Assembly (NCBI GenBank): GCA_964016885.1
Contig: OZ024741.1
Span: forward strand, 123,194,001 to 123,258,000
From: Eledone cirrhosa
Taxonomy: Eukaryota
Direction of reading: 5' to 3'
DNA length: 64,000 nt
Under the pieces are notes generated by a model. It searched no databases. It worked only from the letters and a program-made list of their open reading frames with translations, and had not been told where the DNA came from. Shown here piece by piece: positions 30,913 through 45,529 of the stretch. A program made the position numbers and the translations under genes. Positions within the stretch are counted from its first letter, which is position 1. The number at the start of each line of letters is the position of its first letter.

Positions 30913-33900
30913 GTTCTTTGAGTCTCAGTCATTGATGTTATTTAACTGGAAAGTTTGTTGAAATGAATATCAAGCCGCTACTTGCAGCCTAAGATATTCA
31001 GGACATATCGGAGGGTTCTTGCTGTTCCCAGCAAGTATGCATTTTGAAGTGTCCAGAAGGCGGGGCTGTACTAATCTTCTTTAACCATCCTTGGAAACTC
31101 TTTGAGATAGTACCTAGTGCGCCTATGACAATCGGGACCACCTTGACTTTATGGCAGTTCCAAATCCTTTTTAACTCTCACTTTAAGTCCTGGTATCGGT
31201 TAATTTTCTCCCTCTCCTTTTCTTGCACCCTCGTGTCAAATGGGCAGGCTACATCTACAATCAGGCACGATATATTTTCCTTGTCCAAAACCACAAGGTC
31301 AGGCCTATTGTGTTCTAATTACTCGTCCGCCTGTATCCTAAAATCCCATAGCACCTTCACCTGATCGTTTTCTATCACCGACTCTGGCTTATGCTCATAC
31401 CACTTCTCAGAATGTGGTAAATTGATTACTTTGCATAGATACCAGTGGATCACCCTGCCTATTACATCATGTCTCCAGTATTTATAGTGAGTCTGGGCTA
31501 GGTGTTTACACTCAGATACAATGTGAGCCACAGTCTCCTCTCTCTCCCTCCACAGATCTTGCACAGTGAGCTAGCTTCTTCCTTGTAAATATAGTGTTTC
31601 ACCCACTTTGTTCTGAGGGCTTGCTCTTGCGCAGCCATTAGCATTCCTTTCATAGCTTCTTTAAGGTGTCCTCTTTTTAACCAGTTCCATGTCTGTGGAT
31701 CTCTAAATTCATTTTTCCTAAAGAAGGTACTATGAAGGGATTTTTCAAGAAGGTTGCTCCTCCTCCTTATTGTTATTTCCTCCTTGGTCGTCCCCTGGTC
31801 TATTGTCTTCTCCTTCAGTACAATTATGAGCATTGACTCCCTACTCTCAGTCACGTATCTGTGCAGGTTGTTGTTCTCCATCTGAACACAGTCCTCTATG
31901 CTGATTAGACCTCTTCCACTTTCAGATCTCTTTAAGTAAAGTCGATCGTCATCAATCCTCTTGTAGAACATGTTGTAGATAGTCAATAGTTTCGTAGTCT
32001 TGCTATCCATTTCTTTTTGTTCAGCAACATTCCATTTCAGAATTCCCGTACTGTACCTAATAATAGACACAGCTCGGGAATTCACTGCACTTATGACATT
32101 CACTTATGACATTACCCCTCTTCATCACTTGGACTCCACACTTATTAATACCAAATTTCATACATATATCATTGCTGAAAATACTGACAGTGTCAACAAT
32201 TACATCAAACTCCTCACTCTTCCCAAAGAGTTTAAGATCTTCCATCTAGAGGAGGTGGTTGATGGTAAGCTATCCTTTTCCCAACGTGTATCCTGCTCTC
32301 ACTTTTCGCAGTATAATGGTCAGGGTTATCAGGGCAAGGACAAACAACAGAGGGGCCGAACTATCTCCCTGGAAGATAACTCTCTTGATCTTCATGCCTC
32401 GCAAGGATTCTCCATCCGATGTTCCCAGGACTTCATACTTTTGCTCAACAACTGTCTGATGTTATCTGTCGAATGCCTTTTTGTAATCTATCCATTCCAT
32501 GGCAAGACTAGTGTGCCTCCTCCTGCAATTCATTACCATCTTATCAATAAGTAACTGGTCTTTGGTACCACGGGACTTCTTTCGGCATCCTTTCTGTTCG
32601 TCCGGTAACAAGTTGTTTATGTGGAGGTGATGGTAGATTTCCTCAGACACAATGCTTGTTAACAGTTTCCACATTTCGGACAGACATGTGATGAGCCTAT
32701 AGTTGATTCGGTCCTTCATTACCAGAACTGTGGTACCTTTTGTCAACCACTCTGGTACCTCACCCGATATCAAGCAGTCATTGAATATGGTTGTCAGTTT
32801 CAGGTGGAGGGATGTATGTTTTTAATCCAGTATCCTTGCACACCATCTGGGCCTGGTGATTACCAGTTGGTTAGTTTTCTGGCCTGCCCCTTAAGAGTTT
32901 CAACTGTGATATTCAAATCAGGTTGTTTGTGTGCCTGTTTACTAATCTCATTTTGAACTGTCTCAATCCACACTGCCTGACCATTATCTTCAACATCCTG
33001 CTCCCATATTCCTCTCGAGAATGTCGTAGTCTGTTCCGCTTCAGGGATCACGTGGTTGCCTCTTTATTTCTCTTCAAGCTGTTCAAACAACATCCTCTGG
33101 TTGTTGTCAAACATGCGGTTCTGTCTATACTGACTGACTCTGCTCTCATACCGCCTAATCTTTGCACTTTTTGCTACAAGCCGTTCCATCAGTTCCTCTA
33201 TGATAAAATTTAGCTCTTTCCCCCTAGTTTTGTACTTTATTTCCAATCTATCTTTAGTGTCTATATTTTGTAATGTCCCATTCAGTAAGAACTCAAGCAT
33301 TCCAATGTCTTTTCTCATTTCCTTGATTTGACCATTCAGTACTTTCTTCCACCAAGGTTCTGATATTTTTTGTTTGTTGTTTCCTCTCGATTTTATGCCA
33401 AGTAATTTACTCACCACATTTCCGGTTGCTTTGAGGATATTGTTGCATTGGTGAAGGTTCCTCGCCTCAAGGTATGGGAAAATTTGTTTACCTTAGCTGT
33501 TGTTTCTTTTAAATTTTCACTGTCTACAAATCTTAGGTTCATAGGTTTTCCACTATCATTTTTCATTTCATCTACCACTAAGTTCAGGATATCAACCAAA
33601 TCTTGTCCTAGCCCGTCAGCATTCATTTCCTCAATGGCCGTATCTTTGTTCCAGATGTTATTTGTTTCAGCATTCAGATTATTGTCTGCTTCGGATGCTT
33701 CCTCAGGTCTCTCAACCTCTTCACCTTCATTTCCCACTGGCTCGTTTGCCTGACATACTCCACTCTCAATTTCCAACTTAATCTCTCTGATCAGTTCCTC
33801 CAGTTCCAACTCTCTTATCCATCCATTAGTTCTTATTACCCGAGCCTGCCCGGCCAATTATTGTTCTTCTAATTTAAATAGATCAATCTCGTTCCAGATG

Positions 33901-35155
33901 TTATGCATCCGTTTCCTATAGCCTTTTTCCATGGGGTTGCTCTTCAGGTAGCATTTCATGACAGTTCTATTCAATTATTTCGTCCAGTTGGTTCTTGTAC
34001 CTTTCCTTCTTCCTCCTCCAACACCAGCAGTATTTGGATGACAGCCAGGTCCCTGCTGCTGGGCCAGGGAGCACTTGCTGGGTGAGAGTCTTTCACATGA
34101 CGTTCCAGTCTCCTTTTCACCGTTATTCGAACTGTTTAGGTTCGACATTTAAACACTCATATCGAGGATTGGTGACTGTATGGTTACATAACCACCGGTG
34201 ATTTCATCACCCCCGGTGATTTTAGCGTGGCACCATCACGCTGTAGACGAACATAAATAAATAAGCAAATACATAGATAAAAACTTTAAAAAATTAACAT
34301 GTTTCATTGTAATGTTTGAACGTCTGACTTAGTTTTTTGTTTTTTTTTTCCTTTTTGTTTTTCAAGTCCAGTAACATCGGTTACTAGTGTTGTTGTTGCT
34401 GCTGCTGCTGTTTTTCATTTTAGCTACGAGGGAAGTAGGGGTTGTTGCGTTCAAAGCTTTTGAACTTTGTTTTTCTTTTGTTGTTGCGTTTGTTTTTGTT
34501 CTGTTCTGTAATTTTTCGACTTGTTGCTTATCATTGTTGTTATTATCTGACATCGTTTAAAGTAAACATTTTGAGAGAGTTTAGAGATTCCACAACAATA
34601 ATTATTATGGTATTGTTTTAGCTGTTTGACTGGGTCACTAAATCAGTCTATTTATATCTTTTGGTGACTTCCTCATTTCTAGATATGTGTAGTTGCACTA
34701 CTACCTTCCCTCTCTTAAAAGGAGGCAGTGAGGGGATAGTGGTGGTAGCGATGATGCAGGGGTGACGGTGGTGAGGGGGTAGTAGTACTGTAGTGATGGT
34801 GTTGTTGCTGCTGTTGGTTTGTATCTAGCTTAATTTTTTGTGGTAGTGGTGGTGCTGGCGGCGGCGGTGGTGGTGTTGGTGGTGAAATTATTTGGCTGTT
34901 GTTTTCTTACATTTGTGACCATTTGTAACCATTTTCTTTTTTTACTATAAAATTTGTTATACAAAATTAAATATTAAATATTAGAGCCCTATGCCATAGT
35001 GTTATACGTCGTCCCTTCCTGAGAGTAAGACTGGTGTCTAATGTCCTATTTGTAATAAGAATTATTCTATCACAATTCTTTTAAATATGTAAAAAATCAA
35101 AAACTTACGTGAGCTATTCCATAACACTCTATCCACCTTGTGCGTATTCATCCCT
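30913..35155 (-). mobile_element. R4/Dong-clade retrotransposon copy 2, essentially full length but decayed
   Basis: Colinear with copy 1 including about 1 kb of 5' UTR; retains REL end (KVVPIVIGALG) and (TAA)n tail; (ATT)n tracts at both ends. Confidence 0.92.
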
Positions 35156-35183
35156 AATTATTATTATTATTATTATTATTATT

Positions 35184-38100
35184 GGTCTGATCGGACGGCT
35201 TTTTGCTCGCTCCCAGTAAGTCGCTTTATTTACCTGCTATAATTATTTTTTGTTAAATCTTTCTTGTCTTGTAAGGGATATAAGACCTTGGACTATGTCC
35301 TGTGAAGGGGAAAGTATATTTGGGCCAAAAGGTCCAAATATTTCAACATTTTACTTTTAAAAATTATTAAAAAACATGGCTGAGCCACGCCCCACAGCAA
35401 TATGTCTGCTGTCGTGTGACAACGGCATAAAAGTTGAGAGGAGGGTTACAGAAATTGATACAACAAACACCACCACAAACAACGTGAACAAAGACAGCAA
35501 CGACAACAACACTGAGAACACTAATTTAAAAGAATTACCTCACCAACTACAATAATAACAGCGACAACCAAAATAGAGACAACAGAAAAAAATGACAACA
35601 AATTCAACGAGAAAATAAACAACGACAAGAAAATAAACAAGAAAATAAAAAATGACAATACCAACAGCAACAATACAAATTGCACCGAGAACAACAACAA
35701 CGGTGGCACCCAAAACACAACCAACTGCAACAGTGATAACAGCAACAACACCAACAACACCGTTTGTAGCAGTAGCAACAGCAACAGCACCAACAACAAG
35801 ACCAGTAACAGCAATAGCTGCAGCAAAAATGGTGCCACTGAAAAAGAGCCACTTCTTTCGCAGGTGTAGCCCGAAATATAGAAACAATGCTAGTCACAGT
35901 GGAGGAGATGACAGTAGCAAGAGCCATGGTGACAAGAAATAACAATAGAGTTTCCCTGAAACCTCCATCCCATTTGTTCAAGAACCAGCAGCTACGGACG
36001 GTGACTTACTGCACCGTAAGCAAAATGTCACATCGAATGGGGAGAGCCACGGAGGGTCAAATCCCAAATGCGTTAGCGTGCGTCTGGGCACGCAAAACTC
36101 ACATCACCCGAGGCAAAAAGTATGCCACAGTAGTAATAATTTCCGCCATTCCCCAAGAGGCGAAGTCTCACTATTTGGAAACCATAAAGAGTGAAGAAAT
36201 AGTCTTGGCGCCCACCTACTGCTGGCAGATAATTGAGGGTTAATGTGACCCAGGTCCCGCCCGACGTGCCCATACCTTAGCTGGCTGCGTCAGTCCTTGC
36301 TGGAATCGAGGACAGGACGACCATACTGCAAATACAGAGAATGGGAGGAGATAACTGGTCAGGAATAGGCATGAAAATGCTAATACAAACTGACCAGGGG
36401 TGTATCGAGCCCATCCCAGATATCATAGACCTCGAGGAAGGATTCCAACTCCTTATAAGCGAGGAACGTAGGCGCCCAAAGTGCTATCTCTGGGGCAAAA
36501 GGGTCACCAGAAGACAGCCAAGAAGAGCCCCCCCCCTTCCGACGCCTGATCCGCTGCTACAAAGAGCAGGGCAGGCAACAGAGGCAAAATACCCTTCCAC
36601 GGTGAGTAGGAGGTCAATGTGCGTGGCACCCATACCAAGGCCACGGACAACTAAAACAGCGGCAGCAGTGGCGGCAACATTTTCACTAGCTGCACAAGCA
36701 ACAAAATCGCCGGAGCGTGCTATACTACCACCACCAAGAACCGTGGATCACATACCCCTCCCAGACGCCACGGAATCCGACATGGAGTATGAGGTGTGAG
36801 TGAAGTGTCAAAAGGTCTGCCACAAAAAACAAAAACGAAAGAACACTTAGCTTCGCCCTTCAAAAGCGAGGACAAACAAAGAAGGGTAAAGGCTGCGCGG
36901 CGACTTGCAGCAACGCCGCCACCATCACCATCTCAAGCATCACCCCCAAAAACAACCAGACCACAACCAGCATCACCACAAATAGCAACATCGCAAAGAC
37001 AACAAAGCACACACACCCAACAGCAACAAAGCCACCTCTCCGCCCAAAAAGTGCACAGCCATAAACATTGCACAACAAGGATTAATGGAACATAAAACAG
37101 CACACCGATATTTCAGACGTAAATTACCACAGCCCACCAACACAAAGGACATTACTAAAAAATATTAACATTGTGGCAATTGAAATCGAAAATTATCTGT
37201 AAGCTTGGAGAGTCACCCCCTGAAATCCCCAACGCAGTTGGGAATTTAAGGGGTCGCACTCCAAGAGAATCTATACAGATATGATCTTGGAGACACCCAT
37301 GACCAGTAGAATACGTGGCCTGGGTCATGTTGGAAGCAGGGTTACCTGTTCAACGACCTCAGGTCACTAAACATAGATGTGGTGGCCATCAGCGGGACCA
37401 GTATCTCCGAAGCACGAACTTTGGCACCGATCTTCGGCAGCTACGATGTATACGCACCTCCCAGCAGTTCATGTTCGCGGGGAGGAGTTGCAGTGCTTTT
37501 TCTGAGAGTCTTGGATCTCGCCATACGAGCCATCTTCCTGGACGGCTTATGGGCCGTCTTCGGTGATGCTGGACGTGACTGGCAGCGAAGGCAATGCTTT
37601 CTGGCTAGTAGCCGTCTACGCCCCAACAGGGGTAGGACGGCCAGATTTCTCCAGATGTCTAGAGACCTTTCTTGGAACGTCCCTCTCTTTAGTGTTAATG
37701 GGCGACTGGAACGGTATCTTAGATGTACGTTGGGATTATGTGGGGCTAGTAGACAGGGGAGGAGGGTGTAAACGCCTCAACAACCTGCTCAGACGTTTTG
37801 AATTGTCTGACAGGTATAGACTGGATTATCCGAATGTGCCAATGTGGACATGGGCAAACCACATCGGGTCATCCAGAACGTATTTAGATAGGGTATTCTG
37901 TAGGGAAACAGATAAGGCTAGTGTAGGTTGTCCACAATTTAAAGTAGTCGACTACACGGACCACACATTTCTGATCTGTGAAGTTGACTTAGATAGACTC
38001 CATAGACAGGGCCCGGTTACTGAAAGCTGAACGCGTCGTTCCCGGCGCGCAAAGCTTACAGAGACCGGATTAACGAATTAGTGAAGCGTGCGTTGACGGG

Positions 38101-39843
38101 TGCGATCGTCAACAACAGGTGGTGGTTTACGCTGAAAGGGGCTATTAGAATATAATCGATAAGGTTCAGCAAAGGAGTTCTGATAGAGGAAAATAGAGTA
38201 GAGGGAGAATTAGTTAGAAAGCTAGATGAGGCATCTTGGACAGGCAACCGACTTGCTTGCGGCGAGATTGGCACTCGACCAATTCTTCAACGCAAAGCTT
38301 GAAGGCTGCGTTGTCAGAGCTAGAGCGCCTGCTCTAACACACGATGGGACGAAAGCCGTTCAATGGGCCCGGGTGGTGGAGGCGCGACGTGGCAACAAGT
38401 CCACAATTCGGTCTTTGTCTGATCAAAACGGGCTTATGTTGCTCGAACCCGAGCAAATGCGTGCGTCCTTTCAACAGCACTTTCCTCGATTGTTCGGGAG
38501 AGGCGGTGAAACCGATCGGAATGTGGACTTCGGTGCTTACCTCGATGGATGCCGCGGCTCACGACGACCGCATCACAGTTTTGCGAAAAGCCAATAACAG
38601 CAGGTAAAATACGGGAAGCGATGTCTGACTGCACGAGGTGTAAATCGCCAAGTTTGGATGGTCTGCCCTACGAGCTTTATGCGTATATGACTGACTTGTT
38701 CGGCGACCTCTTGGCATATGTCTACTGCAACTGGCAGCAGAACGGGACCAGTCCCAGTTTTTTGAGCCGAGGAGCGGTGGCGCTGCTGAGAAAAACCCGA
38801 ACAAGGAGGGCGTTATAGACAACTTCAGGCCCATAACTCTGCTTTTAGCAGAGTTTAAGAATTTGGCCAAGATGTTAGCAAAGAGATTGGCGCTTGTCGT
38901 CGGTGATCTGGTGGGAGAGGTGCAGACAAGTTTCATTCCGGACAGATCCATCCACGACAACCTCCATCTTATGCGATAATCATAGAGAGGGTGGTTAAGG
39001 AACCTGACAAGCGTGGGGCTCTGATCAACTTGGATCAATCTAAAGCATTTGATAGGGTTGACCATGGCTACCAGGCTGCGGTCTTCGAGGCGGCCGGGTT
39101 CGGGCCCGTTCTTAGGGGCTGGATGGCTGCGAGTCACAGTGACATCTGCTCGATTGTGAAGGCAATTGGTCACCTGTCGCAGCCGTTCAGGACCAGGCGC
39201 TCGGTCCGCCAGGGTTGTCCCCTCTCGTCCCTCTTGTACGTATTGGCACTCGAGCCGTTACTGCACAATTGGAGACGATGAGGGGGGGGGGGGGTCACAC
39301 GTGAACTGGGATGCGGGAGATCCGTGTCACCTTACGCCGACGACGTCACCGTGGTTGTGTCGAGCACCAAACACGTCCAGATGCACAGGACCGCTCTCAA
39401 GAAATACGAAGCGGTGACAGGAGCAAAGATAAACCAGGAAAGGTCGGTGGGCTTGCTACTCGGCACCCCGGAAAGGCAAGTCCATGCCGTTCGACAGCGT
39501 CATTCGGCGCTGGACGGAAGGACCGGTTAAAATGCTCGGAGTCTAGTTCGGTCCGGACCTCCAGATTGAGAAAAACTGGAGTGAGGTGACGAGCAGCAAG
39601 GCCTCTCTCACGGGACGAAATGGGACGAGAGGAGGCTGTCTCTGAAAGGTCGGGCGGAGGTGGCGAATGCGTATATCACGTCCGTCATCTTCTACCGCCT
39701 GACCGTCGTACCTAGCCCCCGCCTAACTCTGACGAAAATGGAGCACCTTCTCTTACGCTTTTTGTGGAAGGGGCGAGCTTCCATGGTCTGAGGATACATC
39801 TGCTGTCAACACACGTTGCCTGGAGGCCTGGGCATGCTATGGC
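35184..39843 (+). mobile_element. Tx1/L1-group LINE: ORF1 remnant, APE endonuclease and RT, decayed
   Basis: RRPKCYL (broken knuckle); LVAVYAPT, LMGDWN, YLDRVF, YTDH; KSPSLDGLPYELY, NFRPITLL, LDQSKAFDRVDH, RQGCPLS, YADDVTV; 5' boundary approximate. Confidence 0.88.
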
Positions 39844-41450
39844 TTATCAATTTGAATCAATCCAAATCATTCGATAGGTTCAACCATCTATACCTGGCGG
39901 CTGTATTATGGCAGCCGGCTTTGGGCCAGTTTTCAGAGGGTGGCTCGTTGCCATGCGAAGCGACATCTGCTCTGTGGTGAGATGAACGGTCACCTTCCGG
40001 ACCCTTGCAACATCATCCACCAATGTTGTCCCCACTCTGGATTATTGTATGTATTGACTCGAGATCCATTACTGCACAAACTGAAGACGTTGACAGGCAT
40101 CCTACGCGAATTTGTGTGCGGGAAAACCGTGTCAACTTATGCCAATGCGGTCATCGTAGTGGTGTCGAACGTCAAACACAATTAGGTAAACGGCACTTTC
40201 GTAAGAGAATGTGAGACGGTGACAGGAGAAAAGATTAACTTCGAAAATTCGGTGGATCTGCAGCTTGGCACCTGGAGACGCATGTCCATGTTGTCGGGCA
40301 CTTGGCGGATGGACTTGTTAACTTGCTGCGGGTTTGTTTTGGTCCAGACCTCCAGATGGACAGAAAATGGGATGAGATGACGAGCTGGGTGGCCTCTTTC
40401 TCCCAGAAATAGGCGGAGAGAAATCTGTCCCTTAAAGTCAGGCGGAAGTGGGGAATGCATACATCACGTCCTTCATCTACCATCACTTGACTGTCATGAC
40501 TTGTTCTAAGCCTTGTCTGACTGCACTGGAGTGTTTGCTCTGCCACCTTTTTTGGAAGCGCACATCGATGGTCAGGCGGTCCATCTGCTGTCAACACCCT
40601 TTACGTTAAGGTCTGGACATGCTTTGGCTGACGATGCGCAGACATGCTCTGGGACTACATCTCCAGATTTTCTTTGACGATGAACAGGTGTGGTCGCCTT
40701 TCGCTTGGCACGTTTTTCCTCAGCCCGTCTCGTTGACGGAGCTGCAATCCTGAGTCCGATAGCTGCAATCATGTGTCCGAGAGCTGCAATCCTGGGACCG
40801 AAAGTGACTCCTGGAAACTGGAATGCCTCCATGCGACCACTGCCCTTTGCCCTTCGGGCTTTGCGATCGATCGAAACTCCACCTTAGCTTTCTACAGATG
40901 GTTTGTGAAGAGCAAGTGAAATGACGTCATTGGGGAAACTCTGGGTGTCGACGAAAACCGACTAGCTATTATCTTCCGGAGGACTGTCAGTCCAGGGCTA
41001 ATGGATAAGTTCCAGAAATCCCTGGCCTAGCAGTGTTACCTGGGAGCGTCGCCAGTTCTAGATACACTTTATAGGCAATAAAGTGCCGTCAGCCGGGCCT
41101 GTCAGAGATGTGCGTGGGGCGACGAAACTGTCCTCCACGTAATCCACCCGTGTCAGGTTATCGCTGACATGTGAGTTTATGTCAAACATCTGCTGTCGCG
41201 TGTAGGACAGATCCGGCTATCAGCTGAATCAATTATGTAGATTGCCCCGTCACGCTCCTTTGACCAGGAAGGGCAGGCGATTTGTATCTACCTGGTAGCT
41301 ATGGTGATGAAGTCGTATAGGAGTTGTGTCAGAAAGGGTTGAACATGGGTACTTTCCTCTTCTCATAAAATTTTTCAGGTTTCACCTGAAAAGTAAGATC
41401 AGCATGGAGAGGGAAGTGGTGCTTGCCAGCCTGTTTGTTAAATCGGTGGG
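39844..41450 (+). mobile_element. Second, more decayed Tx1-like RT/C-terminal segment
   Basis: LINLNQSKSFDRFNH, YANAVIVVV, GLD.LWL and CQRC...ETVLH repeat and extend the preceding RT. Confidence 0.8.
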
Positions 41451-42049
41451 TGAGAGAGTTCGGCTGTTATTTTCACTAGGAAAATGACAGCCGGCTGTTC
41501 ACGATTTCATATTTTTGTGAATCAAAATAGACATTGTGTACTTTATTATGGATAGCTCTTTGTATATACTAAGTTTATATCTATTTTCTTTAGAATAATT
41601 TGTTTAAATAAATGTTCTCGTTGCATATTATTTAAACAATTCACACAATGTTATCCTATTCTTAAATATTCATGTACATTCCATATAGTCTGAATTCTTA
41701 ATCACAACATTCCCTTGCAGACAGCCGCATGTTTTCCTTTATGTTATCAATTTGTTTCCATAATTTGGAGTGGTTATATTATTTTCCTAGTAAAAAATAT
41801 TTCAAAATTTCTAATGAATATATTGTAGCTTCCTGTCATGTACTGGCACTATTCTGTCGTATTGAGAGAAATTTCCGCTGAGAGGTGGTGTTGATTCAGA
41901 TACTCCATTAAATCTTTAGCTGTGAAATTCTTTCTACTGATATGATGAATATTCAAATAACGCTCAATCACACATTTTTCTCGATGCTACGTTAGAAATG
42001 TAATTTATTCTAACAGAAATCTAAAATAATTGCCTTAAGCATGCTATCA

Positions 42050-42170
42050 CAGCCATAGCTAAATAGTAAGAAATTCGCCTCGGAATCATGAAGTTTCTGG
42101 TTTGATTCCAGTGCGTGGCATTGTGAGTGAAATTGTGTAAACGGAAGTAGTAAGAAACGCCGTCGGAGGC
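42050..42170 (+). mobile_element. Old SINE S2 fragment
   Basis: TTGTGAGTGAAATTGTGTAAACGGAAG...AGAAACGCCGTCG. Confidence 0.5.
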
Positions 42171-42414
42171 CTTGTACTTGTAATTCAAAGTTTTAGCCTT
42201 GTAACATACTATAAAACTGATTTAGCAAGATAATTACGTTAAGAGTACACGTATTTATGCAATACACAACACGTATTTCTGCAATACTCAACTCCTTATA
42301 CGTTTATTCAAAGGCTGGACGCTCAGCAGTTTGAAAATCTGAATACTCATCGTCGAACCATGAAGGGTTCAATTACCATTTCTATAATATGCATTAACTA
42401 TCGTTGTCGATACC

Positions 42415-43027
42415 CTAAGCATCAACATAATGTTTTCTCATTAAGGCACATGGCCAAGAATTTTAGAGTCGAGAAAAGTTGAATAAACAACCCTAATGCG
42501 TTACTGATGCTTTATTTAATAGACCCAGTAAGGACGAAAGGCAAAGCTAACATTGGCGGGATTTGAACTCAGAAATAAAAGGGACGTAACTTTATGCATC
42601 AAACAATGTTTTCGATGCTCTACCGACACTAACAATCCACAGCCCTTATAAACAGCAAGATAGTGGTTCCTCATTTAGGCCATGTCCAACAATCTTTCAG
42701 ATGGAAAAGTCAATTAAATCGACCCAAGTGCGTTGCTGGTACTTTCTTTTATCAACCTCGTAGTGATGAAAGGCAAAGCTAACCTCGGTTGGATTTGAAC
42801 TCAGCACGTGAAGGGCCGTAACTATATAACGCAAAGCTTAGTCCGAGGCGCTACCGATACTACAAATCCACCTCCCTTATAAGCATCAAAATAATGGTTT
42901 CTTATATAGGCACAAGGCCAGCAATTTTGGGGGAAGGGAAAAGTCGATGGAATTGACCCCAGTACGTGACTGGTTCTTTATTTTATCAACCCCGTAAGGA
43001 TGAAAGGCAAAGTTAACCTCGGCGGGC
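42415..43027 (-). mobile_element. Three tandem SINE S1 copies (long subfamily), period about 232 bp
   Basis: Core GAAAGGCAAAG.TAAC at about 42536, 42768 and 43002. Confidence 0.85.
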
Positions 43028-44213
43028 AAAATAATGAAATGTAAACAAGTTCGACACATGTTAACACCCATACCATACATAACTGCTATCAATTCAAGGA
43101 AAACGGTTCTCTGTAATCGAATGATGTAATTGAAATTGCAATCAAATGCCTCTGATGCCTTTCAACACTGGGAAACATTTGATAAAGGATGTGTCGGATC
43201 CTTTCGATATATTCTAAGGGAAAATAGAAGTATAACGTTTTAAAATTATCGAACTACACAGATTGTTTAAACTTAAATCGGTTTATGTAGGTAAAGATGG
43301 CAGCATTTTAAGGACTGAATGTATTTCAGTATATACCTGTTTGATCTGAATTTCCATAGTGTAACTAACAGCAACTATAACTGCTGCATCTGTATATTCA
43401 TTATCTCAATGTGATTGATAACCTTGAAAGATAAGGATCCGATCCTCAGTTCTAATTAAGGAAACAATTTTCATTGGGCTTTCCATTGCTGATACTAACG
43501 GCCAGTTATAACTCCTGACAGAATGAGGTGGGATTTGGACTCGGAACTCACAGAACCGGAAAAGATATCACAACATATTTTGTCTGAATATTTGAACAAT
43601 TCTAGCGAAACTGGACTGAAAGGGAAATTTGACGTCGACAGGATCTGGAAATTAAAGCGTAAGGAGCCAGAAAAAATATCGAGTCATTTAATCTGTCAAA
43701 TGAACTGTTTGTATATGTTAAAATTCACGGTGTAATAAGGCGGCAAATTAACTAAATCGTTGAGATATATATCTTTGAAAATTCATACCCTAGGGAAAAC
43801 TGAAATTCAGGAAAGGAGGCTAGTTAAGATTGCTGTACCAGGTAATAGAGGAAATATTCAGTTGAGCATTATAAAAAAATATATGTAGAAACGGAAATAA
43901 TATGAGTAATGAAGTCAAACCAGGATAGAAAAGACAAAAGAAAAATGTTTACTCATCACCATATGTTTTGATCATATACATATTTATTAAAAAAAGCAAA
44001 AACAATTTAAATTTATCATAGATGGCGTTAATGAATCTCAGGCATATTGGCACATATTCTGCTGGCTATTATGTAGTTGAGTATTTTCTTTTGTAGTCTC
44101 TGATTAAAAACAAATATGGTAACTTGTTTTTTCATAAAATCATATGATATTCAGTTGTGTCTAGACTTGTGTCGCCCTATAATTTCCATTTGTGCTTTGT
44201 TGTGCTTGAGATA

Positions 44214-44278
<65 letters not shown>

Positions 44279-45104
44279 GTATTCTATAAGTAAATATCAC
44301 CCTTACTCTATGCGTGTATTCGTATGACGTCTGTGGCAGTTTTAACTTTCAATACAAACCAAATCAAGGCTAACTATTTGCAAATACCTCAGACTCACAC
44401 ATCCCTATATCATCAGTGATAGTGTATTGAAGATAATTAAATAGTATCGTACGTTAGACATGAATGAGTGTTTAAGAAGCTTCCTTTGCAGTTCGATTTA
44501 AAAGTGGGGTATCTTGAACAATTTTCTTAAACACAGCTTCGAATCTGCCCAAGCTTTGTGAGAGAAATCGGGTAGATAGAAACTGTTCGCAAACACATCG
44601 GATAAATTGTACCAATAGGTAAAAAAAGAAAAAAATAGCATTGACGTATAACTTGTTACGCTGATTCTGAATAAAGCTTATGACAATGGTATATTCAGTA
44701 ACTTGCAGGTTAAACTGTCATTTATAGCTGTAATTTTGGCTCCACCAAACGTTTAACTATAGCATACAGAAGATTACTTTTCATTCACTTATATATGTTA
44801 ATTCAATTGTAGACTATATAGATTTTTTTTCCATTCATATTTTAGCCATTTAATCATCTCAAGCTCAAATTATGTCTCTTTGAATTTTTTTTTAATTACC
44901 TATCAAAATCTGATTGATATTAACAGAATTTGTCATAAAGCGAATTAGTAGAAACACTAACAAGTAGAAAAAGAAATCGCACAGGCAATTAAAATATATG
45001 TGATTTTGAAATAAAACATGAAAAATATAATATGAAATATAGGTATCTAGCTATGAACGTTTCCACTATACTCACACACAGATTCAACATTATTGATAAA
45101 TACA

Positions 45105-45165
45105 TAAAATAAAGTGCCAGTAATGTTCTGGGTGTTTGCTGGCCTTGTGCCTAAAGTAGAAACAA
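45105..45165 (+). mobile_element. SINE S1 3' fragment with 16 bp TSD
   Basis: TTATTGATAAATACAT on both sides. Confidence 0.8.
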
Positions 45166-45411
45166 TTATTGATAAATACATCAGTATAGGAGCTGGAGAA
45201 TGAAATTAAGTATCACCAGCTGTTGTAATATACTATCAAAAGTCCATCATCGGTCCCAGGAATTCGTCGATCTATAGATGCAATATATGTGTAGACACTA
45301 GCCTTTTCACGGCAAAGTACTCCGATTCAGTGTAGAACTAGGATCATAGAAAAGGGTCACAATATATAACAAATATATTACTGTTCCAAGAGATAAAACG
45401 AGCCTAATAAT

Positions 45412-45529
45412 TGTTTCTACTTTTGGCACAAGGCCACAATTACACAGTACATTACTGGTACTTTATTTTATCAACCTCGTAAGGATGAAAGGCAAAGTTT
45501 ACCTAGGCGGGATTTGAACTCAGAATGGC
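45412..45529 (-). mobile_element. SINE S1 with 17 bp TSD
   Basis: AAAACGAGCCTAATAAT at 45395-45411 and 45530-45546. Confidence 0.9.

Noticed and set aside
35400-35840. Mucin-like Thr-rich ORF
   Set aside because: (ACA)n-rich low-complexity leader of the Tx1-like element.
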